DNA of 64,000 nt. Origin: Antedon mediterranea. Taxonomy: Eukaryota > Animalia > Echinodermata. The notes below the pieces were generated by a model, which was not told the DNA's origin, made no database searches, and worked only from the letters and a program-made list of their open reading frames with translations. The position numbers and the translations under genes are program-made. Where the stretch lies: assembly GCF_964355755.1 (NCBI RefSeq), contig NC_092670.1, positions 22,926,795 to 22,990,794 on the forward strand. The letters are read 5' to 3'. This document shows, one piece after another, positions 42,701 to 52,000 of this stretch. Each line of letters begins with the position of its first letter. Position 1 is the stretch's first letter.

Positions 42701-45700
42701 AATAAATTTTTTCCAGGGGGACAATACATCTTTAATGCAATATTTTGATCGGCGAATTAATTGTTGGAAAGGAGATAAGAAACCATCATTTTTTTTTTTA
42801 AATCGCTATAATACCTATTTGTAACCTAACTAAAAAGATAATGCAATAAATGTGTTTTCTGTTGTTACCTGAATCAATACTAACTGGATTACTCAAGACT
42901 TCATCAGCAACCGAGTAAATGACAAATTCATATCCAACATCTGTCTGCAGATCCTCTATAACAATGCTGTTATTGGTTGGTGGAATGACAACTTCCTCTA
43001 ACGTAGCACTGGCATCAATTGGCTCATACTGGAGAAGGTAGTTGTCAATTTCTGGGATTTCTTCCCAGAAGATTTTATAATCCGATTCAGAAGTGCGTAC
43101 ATAGTCGATGAATCCAGGAGCCACTGGTTCTGTTAGGAGAAGAGACTCAATTTATAAGAATGACAAAATATTCTTCACACACATTAATACAACACTTTTA
43201 TAGATTACTGAGGCTCTGGTTAAGTAGCCTGATCATTTATAAGGTATAAATTTGTATTGGTAAGGTAAAGGTGAGTCCCGTGTTCACTCTGAACCTAGGG
43301 GAATGAGCTGTTTCTTTTTCGGTCATTGATAATGTTTATCAAATTTTGTATGATGCAAAAAAAAACGGAATTTAAAAGAAGAATTAGTAGCTTTAAAGAA
43401 GTAAACACTCACGACGTATTTGCTTTAATCCTGTGGCAATGTCAACATTTACACCCTGACTTTGAACATCACCCGTGACAGAATAAACCGTAAATGTATA
43501 ATCCTCAGTTTCTGTCAGATTCGTGATTGTCGTACTTGTTCCGTCTACTTCAACAGTCACAGGTTCTGCGCTTCCGTCAGATGGATAATAAACAACAACA
43601 TAGCTATCTACTTCTTCATTTGGTTCCAACCAGCTCAAATCTACCGTTGTACCGTCTACGACCACATTAACCGTACTTGGTGGATTTGGTCGGTCTTCAA
43701 TTCCGACCACGATAGAAGCAGGAGAACTTCGTTCAAGTGCAAGGTACGAGTAAAACTGCACGGCATATCGAATACCCGCCTCAAGATCGTCCATATCGTA
43801 TGACGTTTGGTTTTTCGCGATTTCAATCTGTGTGAAAGTTTCTGAATCATCCTCGGCTGGTCCGTATCGTAACAAGAGGTAGTCATAATCACCAATTGGT
43901 GGGTCCCACGTTAAACTATAGAGTGATGTGCTCACTGGTTTCAAGTACACGTTTGTTGGAGGATTTGGAACTACAATATTAAATTTCATATTGTTGTAAA
44001 ATGTAATTATAGTAGTAATTTCCAATAGCACAACACTCACCATTAATTTATCATCCTAACTATACTACCTAGGTAGCTAGACCTAGTCTATACCCATTCC
44101 CATCAACCAGCCTCTGGGTGGGAGAACACAGTCGCTCACTCATACAGGGCATTATTATTAAGTCTAGCCTAGGGCCTAGGCCTAGGCCTACTACTAGCCA
44201 GGTAGGCCTAGCCTCACTCAGGCCTAGGATAAAATACTCGCTTGGCCTAGCTAGCTAGCACTCTAGAGCTAAACAAATACCCTTGGTTGTATTGAGCTAT
44301 GATTATTTGTACATAAATATTACACTAATGAATGAAAATGTACAACTTACAAGACGTGTATAGCCTAGGCCTAGGCCTAGGCCTATATTTAAAAAATTGT
44401 TTCTAAAAACTTTCTTTGGGGGTTGACAATTTTATATTTTTAGCTCATTTTCAAGTATAGCGCCACCAATAGTGTTCAAAGTTTTATTATCGATGGTTGC
44501 CGGCCGTCGTGTATAGTTAGTTTGTGTATCATTGTCCGGACTAATTAGTAGTTTAAATACTCTCTTCTTGTGTGATTACTTTATTTGTAAAACTTATTCA
44601 TATAGTGTTACATACCTTGTTGTCCATAACTTGATTCAATGCACAGTAATAGAAAAACGATATAATAAACTGAAATAGAAACTGATAAAGATTATATATT
44701 GCTCACACTTTCAATATTAATTGAACTTTAATTGTTGACTGAAAGTCAATCATGGACGAATCTCAACTAACTTATTGTAATATAAAACTCATTAGCATTA
44801 TTTCTTGTAACATAAGTAACATAACTAATCTGAAAACGAGAAGTCATTGTCTATGCAGGTCCGTATTTAAAACATTGGTATTGGAGCTTTTTAACATAAG
44901 TCATTATAGTTGTTGAGTCAGAGATGTTTATCCAAACGTTAATGTTGGTAACTTTAGGTCTGTCAATTGGATCTTTCTGTAACAAAGCAACAGCAACCAC
45001 AGAAAGGGTCACCATTCGTGTTGGAAACCTTCTGTGTTTTGATTGCTTCGCAAACGACACATCGGATTTGACCTGGACCTTAAATGACGAAATTGTTCAC
45101 GAGAACAGTGAATCAGTTCACACACAAGGCTCGTTTAAGCTTTGCCTTAAACCAGTACTTGCTGATGATGGTGGCTTTTACAGATGTAAGAAATCAGGTG
45201 GGACAGTACTTAACGAGGTAAAAGTCATTGTCCAAATCCCGGCAAAAGATCCAGATTGTTCGGTTGTAAATAACACGGTACATTGTGCTAGTACGGTGAT
45301 TGGAGATAGCCTGACATGGTTTGATTCGAGAACACATGACACCATAAAGAAATGTAACACATCGACGGCCGAGTGTCTGCTGTACACAGTTACACCAGAC
45401 CAGCTGCCACATTTAATCTGCAGGACAACAAGTGCATTTGGATACAACGACAGAGAATGCGATACCAGAAGACCGACAACAACTCTCCCGTCAACGCCTA
45501 CTACCATACAAACAACACAAGCACATGCTACTGTGACCATTAAGCAAGATCCCCTTGTCATCAACTCTGAAGTATCATTTGTCTGCGAAGCTTCAAAGCC
45601 ATTTGATAAGCTTCAATGGAAATTTGACAGTAAAATTCTTGATGATTCCACAAAAAACATTAATGGTAATCAGTTGAAAGTCAGCAGCGACGGCGGGAGT

Positions 45701-46537
45701 CTCCACATATCTGAATTGCAACCAGATGTGAATGGTACGGTAATAAAATGCCTAGTTGGCAACTTGGGAGAAGCTTCCGTCATCTTGATGTTAAACAATA
45801 ACCATAAGGTGTCATCTAATACAGATGTTCCGGAAGATGGCAGCTTAGTTAAACTGATTGTTTATGTAGGCTGTGCGGTGGCTGTTACTATACTGGCAAT
45901 AATTCTGTTTGGTATTATCAAACATCATCGACAATCGAAGTCGTCTGCTAAGGAGAATTATGATGTCGCTGGTATTTCCTCAAAAATTGTATAATTGCCT
46001 GTACGAATATTGTGACATAAATACCAGTTTTAGTCAGAAAAATAAGTCGTAGTCTTAGGAAGAATATGTCTCCAACCAAAGTTCGGAATCAGGATACGGG
46101 GGAGCTCAACACAATATTAACCATCCGTTAAAAATAAATAATGGAGGTACGGTAGCTCGTGTCAGAAATAATAATATAGTGCGTAGTTATAGGTTAAACC
46201 AGGGAATAGTTCTACTATTTTCTGGTTGCACGTATAATAATATTAGGTTACAGTAAATCATTTTAAATTAATTTATTAATAAAGCTACGTCTACCTAAAC
46301 TAGCTAAAGAAAGTTACCGAATATTGTGTATTGAGTATCCGATTAGGTTAAACATACGCGTAAATTATTATATTTATTGGTAGGCCCTATAATAGTAAAC
46401 CATTTAATATTTATTTCTAGTATGCCTACTCTAATCTAGTTCTTTTCAACTTAATGACGGCATCGACGAGACAATTTCGAGGAGCACCGAATATCTCTAA
46501 GTTTACGACGAGTCTTACCGCGTCCGAAAGTCCGCAT
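18720..46537 (-). CDS. Giant FN3/EGF-repeat cell-surface protein, about 3,720 aa, 28 coding exons: signal peptide - 4xFN3 - 61xEGF - FN3 - 4xEGF - FN3 - 15xEGF - hydrophobic tail
   Basis: Exons read by eye, all joined by phase-1 introns: 46519-46537, 44616-44669, 43413-43970, 42869-43129, 42209-42499, 40903-41013, 40275-40397, 39635-39748, 39185-39298, 38523-38636, 32363-38143, 31885-31998, 31504-31620, 30862-30975, 30368-30481, 29376-29489, 29140-29253, 27335-27610, 26809-26922, 25994-26107, 23885-23998, 23487-23603, 22719-23006, 20846-22216, 20275-20388, 19882-20022, 19327-19449, 18720-18886. The total is 11,166 nt, in frame. The N-terminus is [29 protein letters not shown] and the C-terminus is ...[29 protein letters not shown]. 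The first exon is the least certain. Confidence 0.85.
19547..19826 (-). mobile_element. tRNA-derived SINE (decayed)
   Basis: The minus-strand head has A/B-box-like sequence (...GAGTTCAAATCC), a central CCTTTCTCAACCCAGTTGTACAAATTGGTAC domain and a (TAT)n tail. Similar remnants lie at about 20480-20755, 22440-22660 and 39810-40030. Confidence 0.6.
20846..22216 (-). CDS. 1,371-nt exon encoding 12 EGF repeats (part of the FN3/EGF gene)
   Basis: ORF 20679..22235, with a ttttcag| acceptor and a |gtaaat donor, both phase 1. Confidence 0.93.
24340..25982 (+). repeat. 20-bp minisatellite (TAATACAGCAGGGACCTCCT), about 80 copies, intronic
   Basis: Directly visible; ends about 10 bp from the donor of exon 25994-26107. 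Confidence 0.97.
26329..26435. mobile_element. 107-bp MITE nested in the TIR of a family A MITE
   Basis: TTA|TACCCCTTTCACACCAAAA ... TTTTGGTGTGAAAGGGGTA|TTA. The flanks rejoin as GTTTGATAGTTTAGACAGGGCT, which is the family A TIR. Confidence 0.85.
27000..27145. mobile_element. MITE family A copy
   Basis: AGATCTGTCTACACTATCAAACT...GATAGTGTAGACAGAGCT with the same internal ATATGG(G)CACATCAC repeats. Confidence 0.8.
28411..28632 (+). CDS. CMC2: COX assembly mitochondrial protein 2 homolog (twin CX9C protein); intronless CDS nested antisense in an intron
   Basis: [51 protein letters not shown] has the diagnostic MHPxL-x3-H-x3-C start and two CX9C motifs. An AATAAA lies near 28990. Confidence 0.92.
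   Translation: MHPDLAENIHTPECNAIIREFFQCHKDNPWKKFIGSCNSINTKMNACLKAERKDRYRLNQEKTKAKRKRMGLD
29690..30272 (+). repeat. 29-bp minisatellite (AAACCACAAACCTAAACACATCTCATCTT) interrupted by a non-repeat insert
   Basis: Tandem units at 29690-30108 resume at about 30226-30272. Confidence 0.93.
31644..31779. mobile_element. MITE family A (TIR AGCTCTGTCTACACTATCAAACT), representative copy
   Basis: TIRs are flanked by TAA. Related copies lie at about 239-287, 5180-5312, 19180-19315, 24040-24160, 26232-26448, 27000-27145 and 40578-40735. Confidence 0.85.
32363..38143 (-). CDS. 5,781-nt exon encoding 50 tandem EGF/calcium-binding EGF repeats (part of the FN3/EGF gene)
   Basis: ORF 32253..38141 has repeated (D/N)EC-x-S-x-PC-x-N-x-G-x-C motifs. 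The acceptor is a polypyrimidine tract ending ...gtttccaaag| at 38143 and the donor is |gtaagt at 32362. Confidence 0.95.
33808..34858 (-). repeat. Coding tandem repeat, 114-bp unit (one EGF), about 9 near-identical copies
   Basis: [28 protein letters not shown](V/L)DGYEGYDCE is repeated with near-identical DNA. Confidence 0.95.
37500..37980 (-). repeat. Coding tandem repeat, 117-bp unit (one EGF), about 4 copies
   Basis: [38 protein letters not shown] repeats. Confidence 0.9.
39027..39152 (+). repeat. 19-bp minisatellite (CATCTACCATATCATGTGA)
   Basis: About 5-6 imperfect copies. Confidence 0.8.
40578..40735. mobile_element. MITE family A copy
   Basis: TGTCTACACTATCAAACT...AGTTTGATAGTATAGACAGAGCT. 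Confidence 0.75.
41066..41583 (+). repeat. 29-bp minisatellite (GTACCCTGAACATGTTTAGTTCCAGTGGT)
   Basis: Directly visible tandem units. Confidence 0.95.
42209..43970 (-). CDS. Three exons encoding four N-terminal fibronectin type III domains (part of the FN3/EGF gene)
   Basis: ORFs 43393..44043, 42798..43124 and 42174..42515 carry FN3 motifs (PNPPxxxxV...W...Y...Y...L..G..Y...vySV) and canonical splice sites. Confidence 0.9.
44924..45994 (+). CDS. Type I membrane immunoglobulin-superfamily protein (signal peptide, about 3 Ig-like domains, Thr-rich linker, TM helix, short tail); single-exon ORF
   Basis: The 356-aa ORF contains [12 protein letters not shown] (Ig), C..LTWF..LIC, a [10 protein letters not shown] linker, FVC..LQWKF..IKC, the TM segment [22 protein letters not shown] and a basic stop-transfer KHHR. 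Confidence 0.85.
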   Translation: MFIQTLMLVTLGLSIGSFCNKATATTERVTIRVGNLLCFDCFANDTSDLTWTLNDEIVHENSESVHTQGSFKLCLKPVLADDGGFYRCKKSGGTVLNEVKVIVQIPAKDPDCSVVNNTVHCASTVIGDSLTWFDSRTHDTIKKCNTSTAECLLYTVTPDQLPHLICRTTSAFGYNDRECDTRRPTTTLPSTPTTIQTTQAHATVTIKQDPLVINSEVSFVCEASKPFDKLQWKFDSKILDDSTKNINGNQLKVSSDGGSLHISELQPDVNGTVIKCLVGNLGEASVILMLNNNHKVSSNTDVPEDGSLVKLIVYVGCAVAVTILAIILFGIIKHHRQSKSSAKENYDVAGISSKIV

Positions 46538-47692
46538 TTTAATTGGTAAAGAGTCTAATAGTAGTATATAGAAAGCAAGTTTGATAGTATGAAAAGTGAA
46601 ATTGTTTTTATTCATCATTATTATAATGTCTTATCAGTTATTAAACATCGTCGGTGACCATTATAAAAGTTATTTGGCATGGCAGTAAAGCGTGGTTCCC
46701 ACTAGCGTCGCAACGTAACGCAATCTACGAAACGTTAGCAAATGCCCTTCTAATAATAGATCTTTCTAAGTTCCGATCCTGTCAATTAAAAAAAGTTGAA
46801 AGTTAATTTACGGTTGTTCTTTATGAGAAATTAAAAATAGTCACATGATCATGGAGGTCGTAGAGGTCATTATCACAAACTGACGCAGAAGCACTATTAT
46901 ATCAACGAACAATTTAGTATTGTAAAACTACGCATTTTTTGATCTGTCTGTAATTGTAGCTTCTTATCTTGTTTTAGATTCTCGATACTGTATAAGCAAT
47001 TCACACTGTTATGAATGGCTTAACGTTACATTCTTAGAAGCTCGCTATATTTAGTTTTAATAAAGATTTTGTTAATGATATTGTTTTCTCTTTGTTTTTA
47101 TCTTCTTGTTCTTTTATAATATTACCATCAACTGGAAGTATTTGGCCATCTTCTTGACCGTGAAAATTAAACTTTATCACTGTTCACTTGACTGTCCTTA
47201 CCACGGTAAAATTATCACAGGTGCGATTTAATAAATGCCAATTTACGCAAACAAGCGGGGCGTAAGCGGAAAACCTCGTAGCTTGTCCTACGTGAATCTG
47301 TATCTATCCTGGGCGGTAACAGCCCGTACGTTCTGCGTTGTGTAAATGATGATAAGGAATAACATAGATTCTATATTTTTATTACCGTTACCGCTATCTG
47401 ACAGGGTCTATTTCCAACTTAAACACTAAGGGACGAGTACAATCGAAAGATACATTACTAATGATGCTATATGCACTTAAAATCATTTCAAATGGTAATA
47501 TTATGCTTGTTTCACAATACAGACGCAACGCAAGGACGATTTGTCCAATCACAAGCGATGGATTATTCGAACAGTGGCTTGTCATTGGTCAACTCGCTTG
47601 CTTTGCGCGTACGTCCTTGCGTTAAAGGATGGAAGGTTCAATTATTTTTTTATATAATTTTCCATTTTAACAAATGGCGCCGTCTTCTGAGA

Positions 47693-47871
47693 AGCTTGGT
47701 TCCCACTAGAACGTAACGCAAGGACGTAAACGCAACGCAAGCGTTTTAACCAATGAAAAGCGAAGTTATAGACAGTTAGCAATCACAAGCGAATAAGCCA
47801 TCGCTTGTGATTGGTCAATTCACTTGCGTTGCGTTACGTCCTTGTGTTGCGTCGCTAGTGGGAGCCACGCT
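47693..47871. mobile_element. MITE family B (TIR AGC(T/G)TGGTTCCCACTAG)
   Basis: AGCTTGGTTCCCACTAG...CTAGTGGGAGCCACGCT. Partial copies lie at about 46689-46740, 47520-47625 and 48698-48785. Confidence 0.75.
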
Positions 47872-47959
47872 TAAATGTAGTTTTAAAGATTACAAAACAT
47901 GTAGTTAAAAGTATACTCACTCATTTTAATGTGTATCATTTTTATTTATCAATCCGAAT

Positions 47960-48165
47960 AACATTTGCTATGTAATTGTTACGTGGTCAATGTCCAGTTT
48001 AACATTCGATATGTAGTTGTTACGTGGTCAATGTCCAGTTTAACATTCGCTATGTAGTTGTTACGTGGTCAATGTCCAGTTTAACATTCGCTATGTAGTT
48101 GTTACGTGGTCAATGTCCAGTTTAACATTCGCTATGTAGTTGTTACGTGGTCAACGTCCAGTTAA
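47960..48165 (+). repeat. 41-bp minisatellite, about 5 copies
   Basis: AACATTCGCTATGTAGTTGTTACGTGGTCAATGTCCAGTTT repeated. Confidence 0.92.
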
Positions 48166-49089
48166 TCATTACTCCACAGCAGTGTGAATTCAATTGAATA
48201 ATTTGGACAGAGAAGAAACAAATTAAAAGAGTTTTCAAGTGTGGTGCCAGTTGGTACATTATGAATAGAAAGGATGGGACCATCAATGACAAACTACTTC
48301 TGAATTTGGTGTCAAGTGTTTGCACAAATGAAAAAAACTATAGGGGTATATGTACCTACGTCACAATGGATAATGATGTTGTTCTAATATCTTTGATTAT
48401 ATATTACTAAAATTAAGTATACATCTTAAGTTTCAGTGTGGCGCTTATTGCCATTGCTTCATATAGGCCTAATTGCGTCATTTAATTGATATCGACGTTT
48501 GTTATTCATTCAGGTATATATCTACAGTTATCCATCCCAGAGTGGTTTACAAAATGTAGTTTAAAACTAGATAATCAAACTCATCAACTATTCCGACCAT
48601 GGATGGGTACCATACCGTACAGTAGTATGTAGTATAGTAACTATATGAGCGAACAAACGACTATTAATAGTTTGCGTCCGCTTTTGTAACTGGTTTAAGC
48701 GTGGTTCCCACTAGCGACGCAACACAAGGACGTAACGCAACGCAAGTGAATTGATCAATCACAAGCGATGGCTTATTCGCTTGTGAAAATTATTTTCAAA
48801 TAATTTGATGTCTCTTAAAAGGTTATGTCGGATCACTAACAACCTAATTTGTGTGATTTAATTTCGCTACTATAAGTCCTTAACAATAAATCCGCCATAA
48901 AGGTATAAGCTAACAATAGTTATTTAAGTATTCTTTTTTGACAAGGATCACACGTCTTGTCGGTTATAAGCACCCATTCATGTTCTTAGACACGCCCCTT
49001 ATATATTTCGTTTTTCATTCTGACGCATGACATGATTTTCATTTCCTAATATGAAATGATTACTACTTGAGAACATAAAAAGAGAGATT

Positions 49090-52000
49090 AACTAGAATTT
49101 AATTCGTCACTTTGACGAATTATAGGTGATCATTGTTATCAATTTAATGAAATTAACATTTTTTAAACATGCATGTACGTTAACATACGATCGTAAAAAG
49201 TTGATGTACGCCATCCTATGACATGATGCATACACTTATATCGCTGAGTTGTGCCTATTATATGCCATATACAATATGTACAGTATATACTGTATATCTA
49301 TATACAGTGTAGCATAGGTGAAATTACGGGACCCACATCATGTTCAAATTTTTTGGTATGATGGAATTATCAAAATAAACTCGAAGATGACAATTTCGAA
49401 AGATAATGAATTGAGCAAATAAATATAAGGATTGGAAGATAATTTGACACGTAGAAGCGCAATGCGCGCTCTTTGAAATTTGTATAACTTTGACTAAAGA
49501 AATTTAAAAACAACGTTTTAACTTCAACTGGCCATATGATAACATCAAAACATCCGATAGGCTTAATTTTTATATGAATTCATATCTACATTTAATCAGC
49601 TTTCATAATAAATTATAATCTTCAAGGTCACCTTTAATTCTAAAGAGCTATAACATATTCAAATGTATGGTGTAGCTGAAATTACACGACCTTGGTTATT
49701 AAAGTTTTTACACATGATGACGTCATCAAAATAAAAATGGTGACAACTCTTGAAAAAGATAATTAATTGAGCAAGCACATATTAAAATTTCGGCGAAAAT
49801 CGGGCTCAAATAACGGAGATGCGCTCTATTGAATGTGATAACCCACACAAAAAGATAAAAATTACTAATTTTTAAATTGAAGTGGCCATTTGATGACGTC
49901 ATACCATTTTGTACGTCTAATGTGTACATGAATATGTATCTACAACCCAATGGCTTCCCGAATAAGTTAAAAAAATTGGGGGTCATCTTCCATTCTGAAG
50001 AGTTATATTCATTTTAAAAAGGCCTTATTTTTCACCATTTTCAGCACTTTGATGCAATTAATTTGCGCATTTTGTTATTTTTAACCTGCTCGTATAGCGT
50101 TATTTTCAGTCGGAACTTACTCAAATTTGGTGAATGTACTAAGGATGGTGAGTAGAACGCGATTTGTATAAAAAATTGCAATTTTTACGCTTTGTAAGTA
50201 TCGCGCGCGCAAAATATTTTTTTTGCGCAGTAATTTTTTGAAACACGCAAATGGCCTAATTCATGCTCTAAATTGATTAAAACGTAATTTTGAGCTTTTT
50301 AAATTTTTACTGCGCGATTCCACACGCATGACCCTACGTGCGCGCGCATTTTTACTTGCTAATATTTTTACCCTTGACCTGAAGTTTACGTGTAGTGAAT
50401 TTCATAAATATGTGATAATAAATTATGGATATATGATTGATAATGTGATTTCACAAAATGGCGTATACGTGACGCCACGGATGAGTGATCACGCTGAAAA
50501 GCTTATTATGGCTAAGTTAAAATATTTGAAAGACATTGTGAAATTTTTGAGATCATTGCTATTCAACTTTTTGAGATATTTGACGAACAAAAAGTGTACA
50601 GAAAGAAGAATAACTAGATTTGAACTCGTCACTTTGACGAGTTCGGGTTATCCGCGCAAAGGCAACATGCACATACTTTAAACTATATGAACTTCGACAA
50701 ATATTATGCCATCCTATGACATGAATTAAACGTGTTTACAGTGCTGAATTGTACCTATTATGTAGCATACAGCATGTTATAGAATACACTGTTATATGTT
50801 ATATACAGTGTAGTATAGAGGAAATTACAAGACCATCTTTTAAATCCAATTATTAACACGATGATGTCATCAAATTGACATATAAAGATAACTATTTTAG
50901 AAGATAATTATCTAAATAATTACATTAATACAAATTTGAAGAATTTTGGGCACGTAAAAGTGACATGCGCTCTCGTTTAAACGCAATGAACTTTTACGCA
51001 AAGGATGAAAATACGACTTTTTTTATTCAACTGGCCATATGATGACGTCACAACATCTGGTTGGCAAAATATTTACATGAATTCGTATCTACAATTCAAT
51101 GACTTCCAGAAAACGTTTAAATCATGATTATCACTTTTTATTCTGACGAGATATAACAGATTAAAATTTACTGTAAAGATGAAAATAAGTGACCCACGTT
51201 GTTTACATTTTTAGACATGATGAGGTCATAAAAATTTAAATATTTTAACTCCTACGAAAGATAGTTGATTGACGTAGACAATATTGAAATCTCGGGGGAA
51301 ATGGAATACGCATAAGCGAGATGCGCTCTGTTGAATGTGATGAGCAATAACGAAAGAGACAAAAATCCTATATTTTATATTCGAGTGGCCATACGATGAC
51401 GTCACAATATCCGGTTAGCCATATTAATGCATGATTTGATATCTGCAACTCATCTACTACCAGAATATGTAATTATAAAAAAGTTCACCACGTAGTTTAG
51501 AATCTATGACTGTTTAAAAAAAGGCATAATTTTGACAAATTTTTGAACTTTTTCATCAAAATTGCGTGCAAATTGTTTAATTCTACGTCCTCGTATGACG
51601 TGATTTTAGGTCGGAATTGATAGAAAATTGGTAAATTTACTAGAAAAGGCTGAAAAAACAAAAATCAAGCAAAAAAAAGATTTTTTTTCGCTACGTGCGC
51701 ACGCGCGCATAAAAAAATTGCGCACGCGTGGGAATTTTTGAAATGCTCAAAATGACATGAAACGCGTAGAAAGTTGATTAGAAGTTGATTATTCGCATTT
51801 TGAAATTTTGAACGCGCGTGCACGCGTAACTTTATGTAAAACATGCCATTTTTAATCCACAGAAAGTTTGCGCATGATATAACTTAAATTTTCACAAAGT
51901 TTCAATACAAAATGACTTTTGGTTTTTAATCTATGATCAATCATTGAAATTCATAAAATCGCGCGTAACTTACGCTGCGCAACTCAAAATTCATAAAGAA

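Noticed and set aside
44041-44060. ATG|GTGAGT at about 44041 as first exon of the EGF gene
   Set aside because: It is phase 0 and incompatible with the phase-1 acceptor at 43970. The 54-nt exon at 44616-44669 fits and supplies the signal peptide.
45915-45994. ITIM or PDZ-binding motif in the Ig protein tail
   Set aside because: ENYDVA does not fit (I/V/L/S)xYxx(L/V) and -KIV lacks S/T at position -2. The tail could also be extended by splicing.
18720-46537. Calling the gene Notch, fibropellin, Crumbs or EYS
   Set aside because: No LNR/ankyrin, CUB/avidin or LamG domains are seen; FN3 domains and a terminal hydrophobic tail are present instead.
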